Shown here piece by piece: positions 38,641 to 51,599 of a DNA stretch of 64,000 nucleotides. The position numbers and the translations under genes were made by a program. The notes under the pieces are model-generated. The model made no database searches. It had not been told where the DNA came from and saw only the letters and a program-made list of their open reading frames with translations. Origin of the DNA: Eledone cirrhosa (Eukaryota); the NCBI GenBank assembly GCA_964016885.1, contig OZ024740.1:191022001-191086000 (forward strand), read 5' to 3'. Every line of letters begins with the position of its first letter. Position 1 is the first letter of the stretch.

Positions 38641-41600
38641 AGAAAACGCACGTGGTGGATAGAGCGTTATGGAATCGCTTCCGTAAGTTTTTGATTTTTA
38701 ACATGTTTAAAACAATTGTGATATAACAATTCGTAGTACAAATGGGACATAATATCCTGTTATATCGCTCAAATATTCAATTCTGTATTATAAATTTTAT
38801 ATTCAAAAAAGAAAACCCCTCTGTCTACAATATATAGAACAGCCAAATAACAGCAATTTCACCACCGCCACAACCTAGATTCACCACCTATCCCACTACC
38901 CCTATGTGTACACTAAATACAACAGCCAGATAATGGCAATTTCACCACCATCACCAACACTACCAATTCCTGCATAATAATAATAATTACTATTATTGTA
39001 TCGCAAGTTTTCTCAAAATGTTTAGTTCAAATATTAAGAAAATATGTCAACATATATATATATTAAATAGGCGACAAAGCGCATAGATATACAAATCAAA
39101 CAAACGCATACCAGTTACAGTCTATTCAACAGAACTCAGTAACGACAACGCCATCACTACATTAACCACCACCACCACTCCATCATTGCTACCACTATCC
39201 CATCACCGCCGCCACCACTCCATCATTGCTACTCCACTACCTTCTGTTAACTTAAGAAAGTGGAAGGTGGCGGTATCACTAGACAATGGAGAGGCTAGCA
39301 AAATATATCAATAACTGACTTAGTGACCCGGGAAACGTCAAAGACTATGTCACTGCTGGCTCCACCCTTCCCCACCCAAAATAGAAAAAGCCCCATCACC
39401 ACCACCGACATAGCCAACAACAACAACAAGCAACTTCAACAAAAAGAATATTATATTATTAATAATAATTTCATTATTAAGACACGCTGTGCTCACATTA
39501 AGGAACCACTCATGAAAATAACAATTTAAAAAACAAAAAAAGGAAATCTCCGTGACCAATAAATACCGGGATGGCGGCCGGCGGGGGATGGCCGTGTCTC
39601 TAGAGGAGGACAACCCATATAGTCGTGGTTGACCATCGTCCTAGGAGTGGTAACACGAAATCATTACCCTTTGGCGGTTAAGGATAAAACGCAAGAAAAT
39701 AAAGTCTATGTCAAATGATAAAATCTCATACCGAATCGGCCGAAAGTCGGGTCAAAAAGGGCCGCGTCCCTCAGAGAGAAACCAGACTGGGGTCGGAAAA
39801 TCAGCTAATGGTTCAAACCTTCCCATCACTTCGGAGCTGGTGACCCCCAATAACCGGAATACTCCTACTGTTGGCCCTCCATGTTCAACACCAAGACATC
39901 TAAAGAAAAAGAGAGAAAAATGGTCAAGGGAAGACAATAAAGAAGTCATTGAGGTTTTCTACACTGCCATGCACTACCCATCAAATAGATCGAACACAGA
40001 ACAAACATATATCAACTGGAAAAAGAAACATCCCGAAAACAGAGGCTATATTGACAGTAACAAACTAGCCAATATACAAAGAAACATTGTTAAAAACAGT
40101 TACTAACTGATATAGAAATTGATCAGATCAAGCAATTAGCACAAAGTCAGCGAAAAAAGAATGAAACATGTGTCAGTGAAAACAAGGTAAATTGTATCAC
40201 TTCAAATCTCAGGGTTGGGGCAGAATCACTGATAGCAGAACAAATTAAAGAAAGGATCGAAAAAGTGGAGGGAGTGCATGCTCAAGATGAAACTCGAAAT
40301 GTAAACAATTAGATCGTAAATGATAAAGAAATGAATGAGAATGAACTTGCCAACTTGAAGGATGAAATTATGATCGAAAGGATGAAAATGAAAGAATCTG
40401 ACAAGAGGAAACGAGACACTCTCCCTAAGATCCAGAACTCCAAACAGAACTAAAAGAAAATACACAAGACTAACATAATTCTCAAAACAATTATTATCAA
40501 AAACAAACTAAACATTACTGATCTAACTCATTTCTATTATACATTGGCTTAAATCACCTCTCACTTATGTGGAGTGAAGATGAAAAAAATAAACGAATTC
40601 CCACAAGAAACCTACGTGGCAAGAGAAAATCAATCGCCAAATAAACCTTCTCCGATCTGACACAGAAATGTTAACAAACTACAAAGTAGGTGAACATGTT
40701 AAACAAACAAAACATAGAAGATTGAAAAGAAAATAGTGTATAAAATCAACAAGTGATATAGGCATGCTGATAGAAATAATCAAGCAATAAGTGTCGGCCA
40801 AAGCTGCTCGTATCAGGCGCTTTGAATAACGATCTAGATTCTATAAGGACAACAAAATGTTCAAAAACAACCAAAAAAACATCTACAGAAAAATTGGCAA
40901 GTCAACAATAACTGCAAAATCAATACCACCCAAGGATGAAGTGCAAGAATTCTGGGAAAAGATCTGGGCCGAAGAAAAAGTTCATAATATACATGGCCCA
41001 TGGATAGACAGACAAATGAAAGATACAGCTCACCTTCAGGAGCAAACATGGGAAAATATAACAGTTGAACAGTTGCGTTTGGCACTTAGAAAAACCAGCA
41101 AATTGAAATCCCCAGGAAAAGAGAAAATACCAAATTTTGGATAAATGCCTTCACAGATTCTCATGAGCTGTTAGCCCAACTTTACAATGAAATGGTTAAG
41201 GAGCCAGACAAGATATCATCATGGCTTGTTAACGGCATTACATTCCTACTTCCGAAGAATGATGAGACAAACAATCCCCAAAATTACAGACCGATAACGT
41301 GCTTGACCACAATGTATAACATTTTAACATCAGTCCTAACTGAATATACACATGATCACCTGATATCAAAGATCTATTTCCCAATGAGCAGACAGGGTGT
41401 AAACGAGGCTCATATGGCTGTAATGTTCAGCTTTTGGTTAACAAAATGTTACTGGAAGATTGTCATAATAGACACAAAAATCTATCAATTGCTTGGATAG
41501 ATTACAAAAAAGCATTCGATAGTTTGCCACACAGTTGGATTGAAAAAATGTTTAGAGATTTTCAAAATATCTTCCGTTGTCAGGAGGTTCCTGTCATTTA

Positions 41601-43414
41601 GTATGAAGACATGGAAACCAACACACCTTTTGAATAGTAAAAAAGAATCACTGGAAATTGGAGAAGTTAATATTAATTGTGGAATTTTCAGTGTGACTCT
41701 TTCACACCGCTGTTATTCTACATCGCACTTATACCATTAATTAAAATGCTCAATGAAACAAAACATGGATATAAAGTTTATGACAAAACCATTAATCACT
41801 TGTTCTGCATGGATGATCTGAAACTATTTGCAAAAAATGATGAACTATTGCAAAGGCTATTATCCACTGTGAAGCATTTCATTTATGACATTAAATGCAG
41901 TTTGGACTAGATAAATGTGATAAGAGAACTTGATCAAAAGGAGACTTACAAATATCTAGGTGTTTGTGAATAAGACGGAATCAAGCACTCGACAATAAGG
42001 GAAAGGATAATAAAGGAATGTTACCGCAGAGTAAGATCAATCTTAAGAACGGAATTGAATGCAAGGGATAGGATCGATGCCATAAACACGCTTGCCATAC
42101 CAGTAGTAACCTAAAGTTACAATGTCATCAACTGGTCAAGCACAGAGATCCGTAGGCTCGATACTAAAATTAGAAAATGCTTAACCTTGCACAGAATGCA
42201 TCACCCTAAGGCAGATACAGATAACATATATCTCCCTAGGAAAGAAGGAGGACGTGGGTTAAACCAGTTAGATATTGCGTTGAAAACTGCAACAAATGGA
42301 TTATCTACATATCTAAGGGAATCACATGATTGGATGATCAAACTCATCTTGAAAAACGAAAGCATCAAAAGATGCACATTATAAAAGATGCACAAATATA
42401 TTATAATGGACTACAAATATCAGAAGTTCCATTTACTGCTTAAATGAAAAACACAGAAAAAGCGAAGCAGGTAAAATTAACTGCTAAGAAAGAACTGCTA
42501 CAGAAGCTGGCTAAGAAATGGCAAGAAAAGCCTCTGTATGGAAAATACCCATAAAGAGCTAACAATCCTGATGTTGACAAAACTTTAACCCATCAGTGGC
42601 TGGCATCCTCTGGACTGAAATCGGAGACTGAAGGACGGATTATATCAGCACAAGATCAGTGTCTGCCAATAAACAATTACCAAGCCAACATAATAAAAAA
42701 TGGATGCAACCCATTATGCCGTGTATGGAAAAAACAACCAGAGATCATTGATCATATAATTTCAATGTGCAGTCCTATAGCTCCAACCGGCATGACAGAG
42801 CTGCAAAATACATACATTGGATAATGTGTAAGCATTTTGATCAGCCCCATCAAAAGAATTTGTGGGAGCATCAACCACCTCCCATACTTGAAAAAGATCA
42901 CATCTCAATCTTGTGGAACTTTAGCATCCAAACAGACCGAAAAATAGATGAAATAGACCTGATATAATACTGACGGACTTTAAAAAGAGGGTATGCCTGC
43001 TAATTGATATGTCCGTTCCAATAGACAAGAATGTATCTACAAAAAACATTTGAACAATTGTGCAAGTATAAGGACCTGGAGATAGACGTTGGAAAAATGT
43101 GGAAATTGAGAACTAAAACAATACCAGTGGTTGGAGGCGATCTAGGAATGATACCTAAAAGTTTTAATTATTACTTATCGCAAATCCCAGGACGCCCGCG
43201 TATAGGAGAAATACAAAAGTTAGTACTAATGGGAACTGCCCATATACTAAGGAAGATTCTGTCAATATAAGTACTTCACAAGCCTAAACACCTAAAGTTG
43301 CATATGTGTGTATGTATGTTCTTTGTTTAACATGGCGGAACTTGTTGTCTCTTGAGGTCACTGGTTATGGCTTGGTGATAACTCGTATGAATATAAAGCA
43401 AAATAAATGCAACT

Positions 43415-43458
<44 letters not shown>
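38641..43458 (+). mobile_element. Dong family B copy B2, apparently full length but heavily decayed
   Basis: ORF pieces 39708-43270 (WSREDNKEVIEVFY, YRPITCL, CMDDLKLF, RHD, KYKDL); same 3' UTR as B1; (AAT)n tail. Confidence 0.92.
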
Positions 43459-43620
43459 TGTTTCTACTTTTGGCACAAGGCGAGCAATTACCAGTGTATT
43501 ACTGGTAATTTATTTTATCGATCCCGTAATGATGAACGGCAGGATTTGTACTCAGACTTGCAAGGGCCGTAACTATATACGTCAAAGCATGGCGTCCTAT
43601 CCTCTACCGATACTGCCAAT
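43459..43620 (-). mobile_element. tRNA-SINE copy (internally deleted) between (AAT)n tracts
   Basis: Reverse complement matches 6358-6540 at the head (ATTGGCAGTATCGGTAGAGG) and tail (CCTTGTGCCAAAAGTAGAAACAATTATT). Confidence 0.85.
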
Positions 43621-43636
43621 ATAATAATAATAATAA

Positions 43637-44170
43637 TGCCCTGTCGTTCGCATGATCTCCAAATTCTGACAAATTTTATGAGCATCAAACAAAAACAGTC
43701 ATGGAAAAGGGCATGATATCAATCATGTTGGATATGCCTGTGACAAATGTACGATAAATCACTGCTAACAGATCATATATTGTCATAAAAAAACAAAAGA
43801 GAGTGTATAGGTAGCGTCATAGATATTTCCGTACCAGCTGTCAAGAATGAATCTGTAAAATATAATGGAAAAACTGTCAAAACACAAAGAACGGAAAAAA
43901 CAGATCATATGCATTGGGAGGATAACAAACACAATCAATGTGGTAATAGGAGAATTAGGATTAATAGCGAAATCATCAGACCTGCATCTTAGCACCATTC
44001 CCTGTGAGATCAGCAACTACCAGCAACAGAAGACGGGCTACTAGGGAGAGCATACATTCTAAGAGTTATATCTCCACAATGAGAATTACTATTGCCCTAC
44101 GTTCAATGCCTAAAGCAGACAATAGAGAAACAGAACACATCTAAAAGGAATAACACAATAATAAAAATAA
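43637..44170 (+). mobile_element. Highly decayed Dong RLE 3' fragment
   Basis: Manual translation KLSKHKE..INVVIGELGLI and LLGRAYILR; bounded by AAT-rich tracts. Confidence 0.65.
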
Positions 44171-44617
44171 AATCACTATATAAAAATTGTGAATGTGAGA
44201 GGGAAATAATTTTCTTCCAATGTGATGGAAAGAACTCTGGAAATTTCAGAATACAAGACACGTTGGATCAAAACAAAGACTCGTTTACTAAGATATCAAA
44301 TTTCTAGTACAATGTGACATAGATTAAATATGCAATAGCAAATAAATAATTTACGTTCTTGATATTGCGAATAATCACTGTTTTATGCCAAACTTGTCGA
44401 TATATTATATTGTTTTATTATGTAACATATTGTTTCATTTACATATATATTATTTCATTAACATAACACGGAATATTTATTTATTCATGATACAATTCTT
44501 ATTAAAATCAGAAATGATGTTTTAGATATCTATTTCACCACATATGTTCAAATACAAAGTTAAATGGTTCTTGTTACGATACTAAGTACATCATCAAATA
44601 TAATTATTATTTTACTA

Positions 44618-44805
44618 CAGGGCGGTGGATTTGCAGTATCGGTTGAAAGTCGGACGCCATGCTTTGACGCATAGAGTTACGGATCTTTCCATTCTGAGTT
44701 CAAATCCCGTCGAAGTTAACTTTGCCTTTCATCCTTACGGGGTCGATAAAATAAAGTACCAGTAATGCACTGGGCATTTGCTGGCATTGTGCGAAAAGTA
44801 GAAAC
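44618..44805 (+). mobile_element. tRNA-SINE with target-site duplication
   Basis: Homologous to the 6358 copy; AATTATTATTTTACTA at both 44602-44617 and 44806-44821. Confidence 0.88.
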
Positions 44806-45592
44806 AATTATTATTTTACTAGAGAAAATGCGGCCTTTCTATTTTTGAAAACATATATTTGCGACCAGAATTTAGCTACCAATCTGATATCAGTTATTTC
44901 CTTACACACGTTAATCAGCACGATACATTAAAATAATGTTTCACATTTTAAAATAAATCACGCTATTAAAACATGATGACGACATTGGATAAAACAGTTG
45001 AAGCTATAGAAAACGAAAAAATTGCAATATCCAGAAAAATTTAATAAAAAGTTGATTTGATCAAAGGAGAACTGAGACCAAACAAGAAATTTCAGGACAA
45101 GAATTGGCACTGAATCATCGGAAAACGATTAAATTATATATATATATATATATATATAGAAGTGGTTACACAACAGTAGTAGTTTCACTTTAGCGGATCC
45201 TCAGCTAGTAATGAACATGGTTATACGGAACAAGAAGGACGGACAACCTTAGGGACCGCATGGGCAGAAACGATCACTTCACACGGGCATTGCGTGTGAG
45301 AGCTGTAAGGGAGATAACTGCGAAAGTCCGAAAGTTTCTAGTTGATAACATTAGGATGTTGTTGTAATTCAATCCGGAGCTTTGTAGTTATGTAACAGCT
45401 GTTACCAGACGTGAGAACAACGAGTGAAAAATTCATTACTCGTGTTTAGGCAATCACTATTGCGTAATCTCTTTAGCATATGTATTCATTCATCAATACA
45501 TAGTCCACACAACAGATTGCCCCTTGCGTATGGCTTGGACTTAGTGATGGCTTTAAATTGAATGGAGAAGTCTTTACTTGAGTCCTAGAGGG

Positions 45593-45632
<40 letters not shown>

Positions 45633-45633
45633 G

Positions 45634-45806
<173 letters not shown>

Positions 45807-45817
45807 GAATACATATA

Positions 45818-45855
<38 letters not shown>

Positions 45856-45885
45856 TGTATGTATGTATATATATATTTATTATGA

Positions 45886-45984
<99 letters not shown>

Positions 45985-45986
45985 AA

Positions 45987-46380
45987 TATATATTGGTAAA
46001 CGGAATAGAAAATGCTGACAAATTGTTCACAGTTGAAAAATGGTTTAATTAGGAATAAAAGAGTATTAGTGATTGTATGGGTTAGTATTCAGTTGTGGTT
46101 TTAAGTTTTTAAGTTTTTACCGGTTGCGCATTTCTAAATGCTTTTCAAAAATAATTTTGAGATAGAGTGTCCGTGCTGTTTGAGCAAAGAGCACGGACAC
46201 TCTATCTCAAAATTATTTTTGAAAAGCATTTAGAAATGCGCAACCGGTAAAAACTTAAAAACTTAAAACCACAACTGAATACTAACCCATACAATCACTA
46301 ATACTCTTTTATTCCTAATTAAACCATTTTTCAACTGTGAACAATTTGTCAGCATTTTCTATTCCGTTTGCCAATATATA
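45987..46380. repeat. Near-perfect ~390-bp palindrome flanked by (TA)n
   Basis: Arms symmetric about 46183/46184 without indels; two mismatches noticed. Confidence 0.95.
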
Positions 46381-46413
46381 ATAACTTGTGTGTTACACCT
46401 CTATTCTTTTAAC

Positions 46414-46515
<102 letters not shown>

Positions 46516-46823
46516 TATAAATATATATATATATATATATGTAATATAAATGTATATATATATATAAATATATAAATAAAAGTAAAATTAATGTAAGCAA
46601 AATGCCAACAATAATTCAGGCATATAAGTGAATACAACATCAAGATGAAAACATGTATAACGTAATATGAGGGAACAAGTAATACAATCTTAACTCAAAA
46701 CAAATCAAGAATAAAAACTTTGTAATCAAACTGTGTGTAAGTTGGATAAAAAGTAATACAAACTTAATTCAAAGTAAAATTAAGAATTAATACCCAACCG
46801 TCAATTTAGGGAAAACTACAAAT

Positions 46824-46903
46824 GCACTATATAGTCTTAAAAGACCATTTCACGAAACCTTTCAGTGGGATTAGTCACGGTTGTGATTGATCTTCAGTAG
46901 TGC
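46824..46903 (-). ncRNA. Type I hammerhead motif, intact core
   Basis: Reverse strand gcacta-CTGAAGA-tcaatc...tttcgt-GAAA-tggtct ttta agacta-TA-tagtgc. Confidence 0.78.
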
Positions 46904-47228
46904 TCAAGACATTAACTAAACGCTACTGCTAAAATACCGAGGTGAAAAAATAATCCACTGGGAGTTAAAAGCAGGTAAGCAAAAGCGTGTAGAAATGAAA
47001 TAACAAAACACACGTGAACACAAGCTAGTGATGGTAGGAGGAGACGAAAAAGCTGATTACAATATACAAAAGTCAAAACATTCCGAAAAAACTAAACAAA
47101 AATATGGAGTTCAGCATGAGCAATATTATTGCAGTTTTTTTTTTTGTAAGTTGGGAAAAAGCAATACAATCTTAATTCAAAATTAAATAAAGTAATACTT
47201 AACCGTCAACTTGGGGAAAACTACAAAT

Positions 47229-47308
47229 GAACTATATAGTCTTAAAAGACCAGTTCACGAAACTTTTCAGTGGGGTTAGTCACGGTTGGAGTCGATCTTC
47301 AGTAGTGC
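47229..47308 (-). ncRNA. Second copy of the same hammerhead (GAAA>GAAC), 405 bp away
   Basis: Lies in diverged direct repeat 46738-46940 / 47147-47350; helix II cga/tcg pairs in this copy. Confidence 0.7.
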
Positions 47309-47352
47309 TCAATACATTAATTTAACAAAACTAATAAAATACCTAAGGGAAA

Positions 47353-47383
<31 letters not shown>

Positions 47384-48094
47384 AATATATATAATATGTA
47401 TATAATGCAAAGTTGACTGTCACCACAGATTATGAACCTGAAGATTGCGAAAGCATGACAGTAATTATTCAATTAACACTTAACATTTAATCTTCTACCA
47501 TTCTATATTATTCTAATACCATTATCAATTTTAAAGAATGTTAAAGGAGTGTAAATAAAACCAGTAAATCAGAAAAAGTTGGAATTCCTTTTATTAATAT
47601 ATATATATATTACTATTTTGTTCTGCATCCCCATGCATTGAACCACAAAGTTACTAAGACAAAACCTATATATTTGCTGGCATAGGTATGCATCTGTATA
47701 TATATGTTGGTAGATATACTAATGCATGGGGATGCAGAACAAAATAGTAATGGTTTGGCTGCTGTCTTCTTAACAAACCACTCATCACTGATTAACCTCG
47801 ATGTCACGTGATTGATTCTTTTGAATTTGCCACCGACCGAGTAGGCAGTGATTTTTTCAATGTCTTGGAACTTAGTCCACGCTCTGCTTTTTTCCATCCA
47901 CTGAATTATTCTTGTATAAGTTCCCTCTGTCCACGCATTGCCTGGAAACTTAGCTGAGAATAGACTTCCCTGATGACGAAAGGACTTCCTCGTGCGTTTC
48001 TTCGGAAACCATGTTTATTCCCTTTCAGAAACTAATTAGCTGCAGTGAAATTTTAGTAAGTTAATTTTTATAATTTTCTTATTTTACGTCATTC

Positions 48095-48140
<46 letters not shown>

Positions 48141-48382
48141 CTTTATATATAAGGAAAAACGATGAAATCGAAAATACAACTGGGGTCTTATTTTAAAAAA
48201 ATATATATATATTTATTTGGTTCCTTTACCGGTTTCGCAGTTCTTCTGCTTTTCAAAAGTACATTTGAGATGGAGCGTCTGTGGTTTTCCACACAGATGT
48301 GAGAAAAATCACAGACTTTCCATAACAACTCTACTTTTGAGAAGCAGAAGAACTGCGAGAGAGAGAGAGAGAGAGAGATATG

Positions 48383-48433
<51 letters not shown>

Positions 48434-48598
48434 GAATGTATATTATATATATATATATATATATGTGTGCATATATACATATATATATATATATGTATAT
48501 ATAAATATATATATATGTAATATAAATATATATATGTAATATAAATAAATATATTTATATATATATAAATATATAAATATATACAAATATATATATAA

Positions 48599-48679
<81 letters not shown>

Positions 48680-48960
48680 AGAAAAATAAATCGAAAATGA
48701 AAGTGGAGTCTTTTGAAGGATAATTATTTGTTCTCTTTACCGGTTTCATATTTCTTTTACATCCGCGGTAAAGGATACAAATAAATATTCTTAAAAAGAC
48801 ACCAGTTGCATTTTCGATTTCTCTTCTTTATACTATCACTCGTGTAGCACATCAGGTTCGTTTCTATTTTTAAAAATCTTCTTTGCTTTTATATATATAT
48901 ATTTATACAATATAATCTGAAATAAATAAATCCAATATATAAAATTTGGCTTCGTTTATT

Positions 48961-49015
48961 ACTGCTATATATATTTTGGTAACAGCCATTTTTGGCTGTG
49001 ACCTCTTCAGGCAGC
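48961..49015 (-). ncRNA. Hammerhead motif with G12>A change
   Basis: Reverse strand gctgc-CTGAAGA-ggtcacagcca aaaa tggctgttacc-AAAA-tatata-TA-gcagt. Confidence 0.72.
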
Positions 49016-49959
49016 CCGAATTAGTGTAGTAGAGACGAGTACACATGTTGTTGAAGTGTTTAACTTCGTCAATACTTTGTCAATACAACCAACATATACT
49101 CAAAATTTATGGAAGAAGTAGCCTAACGGTGTAATTTCAAAGAAGTGATTCTTTGAATTTAAACCATTAGGCATCACCACACCAGCTTGGAAAATTAACA
49201 TCTGACTATTTAAAAGAGATGACTTCAGAACAACTCTAACCCTTAATCACTTTTATAATAAGGGCAATATACAAACCATAATTGTATATATTTAAAATAT
49301 TGTTTTAAAATATTTCTTAAATAAACCAACGAAATTGATAAAGAAACCTCAATGTCTATACCCACAACCCATCTACATTTAAACACTATCAGAAAAATTA
49401 TCAAATCACATCAACCATAAATTCACATAGAAACTGTTTTAACTATAATTATCTCGCTACATATATACATATCTTAATACTACATAGCATTTTTTTGTAC
49501 TGCACAACAGCTTTACTTTTACTTGGATTGTTTATTTAATTATGTATCTGATCCAATCTCAGCATCGCATCAACGAATCTTTATCGATGTACATTACGCA
49601 ATATGCTTCACACTTTTCACCTTATATCCTACCTATGCAATCCTGACTGCTTACTATGTTCATCATATTACACCTATATTCTGTGATATCTTTGCCATAG
49701 TATGCAGTATATGCTTAACAGCTCTGCATTATTTGCCATATTATTCTGTATATGCTTAATACCTCTGTATTATTACTGCCTATATGCTTATGTACCAATA
49801 ATGTACTCCTTTGCGAGTAACCTTCTATTATACTCTTTATTATACCCTTTGTTGCAGACTATAACATATTTACTCACTTTGAATATGACAGTATTCATAG
49901 CAACAATATCGGAATTTATTTATATGTTTAAACTTTGCCAATGCTTATTATATAACTGG

Positions 49960-50125
49960 TTATTACTCACAAGTCGCATCTTTCCGACATCCAGAAAAAA
50001 GATTCACAACAGCTCTGGCTAGCAGAATATGTGATTTGAAAGACCATATATCCAATATAAATTGGATTGGTCAATGTTGAACCAATCTAAAGAATATGCA
50101 AGGGGAACAAGAAGATGCACACATT
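49960..50125 (+). pseudogene. Penelope-like GIY-YIG-region remnant
   Basis: Manual translation SFRHPEKRFTTALASRICDLKD..LDWSMLNQSKEYARGTRRC resembles the PLE endonuclease C-terminus. Confidence 0.65.
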
Positions 50126-51266
50126 TTAATTTTATTTTTATTTTTACTTCACATCCACCAGTAACCCCTCCCCCTAATTTTCGATTCACTTACCTAATAT
50201 CTTCACATTCCACATTATACTTCCCCATTTTCTTTCACTACCTGATATCATTGTCACTTGCGTTTTCCACCCAGATAGATTCTGTTTTTTCGCAGCCGAT
50301 TATATATTTGTACTCATTTATTCATACGGCTGGTTTATAATCTGTATTTATGCGCGGGAGTGTGCATATGTGTGTATACGTTCTGTATATGTATACGAAC
50401 GCCTCCGTATGTGTTCGTCCTTACGTATATATATGTATGTGTATGTGTATTTTTATATCTATGTTTTTTTTATATCTATGTTTTTGACATACTTATTTAT
50501 ACGTGTGTGTGTGTATGCGGGTGAATGTATGTGTATGTGTATGTGTATGTATATGTGTGTATATGCATAGGTATGTATGGGTGTGTATGTATATATGTAT
50601 ATATATATATATAGTCGCGTACGTACGTGTGATTAGATATACATGTGGCGATATATATATATACGTGCCTCGTGTGTATGTATGTAGTGCATTCATGCGC
50701 TTTTCTCTGTACGTATTTTTATGCATAAATAGTTTTATATGTATATGTGTGTGTACGTGCGTACCTATGTTTGTTTTCTTTTTTCTAGTGTTAATTGATT
50801 ACTTTTTCTTAGATTTAAAAAATGTTTTCATTCTCATATATTGTTTCATTTGTATACATATATCGAGAATGACACTTATTTTTACTATTACACTCCCTTT
50901 ATCTACCGCATATAAGTGACAGTGCGTGTGTGTGTTTATAGGCGTGCTTTCATACTCACATGTGTATTTAATACCTGTATCTGGATGCGTGTTAACTATA
51001 TTATCTTACAATTTCTTTTTCAACTCATATTATATACGTATTTGTGGTCACATATACACAAATATACTTGCCCTCATACATGTACCTACGCACACATTTA
51101 AACCATACACATGCATTTGTACATACACACATATGTACATGTGTGAGTGTATATACATACATATACACATACCCTAACTATATTTCCTTTTTTTTATATA
51201 TCTCTTGCATTACTTTTATTTATATATTTTTTGCCCGTTAAACTCTTGCCTTTCTTGAGGAGACTT

Positions 51267-51380
51267 TTCAAATATTTCACTATGTTTTAAATTGCCATGT
51301 ACGATCAACGAATGAGGACGTTTTTCGTATTCGTCTTATTCGGGAAACCTCTTGTAATGAGGTAATTATGTTGTATTGTT

Positions 51381-51432
<52 letters not shown>

Positions 51433-51541
51433 AACAATACAACATAATTACCTCATTACAAGAGGTTTCCCGAATAAGACGAATACCAAAAACGTCCTCA
51501 TTCGTTGATCGTACATGGCAATTTAAAACATAGTGAACTAT

Positions 51542-51546
<5 letters not shown>
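51267..51546. repeat. ~118-bp inverted repeat centred on (TA)n
   Basis: 51267-51384 is the near-exact reverse complement of 51429-51546. Confidence 0.93.
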
Positions 51547-51585
<39 letters not shown>

Positions 51586-51599
51586 ACAATCTACTGTAT

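Noticed and set aside
47425-47462. CTGAAGA-ttgc-GAAA motif
   Set aside because: No NUH triplet or helix I could be formed.
47964-48050. CTGATGA..GAAA-ctaattag hammerhead-like motif
   Set aside because: U16.1 is missing and helix I does not pair; a relic at best.
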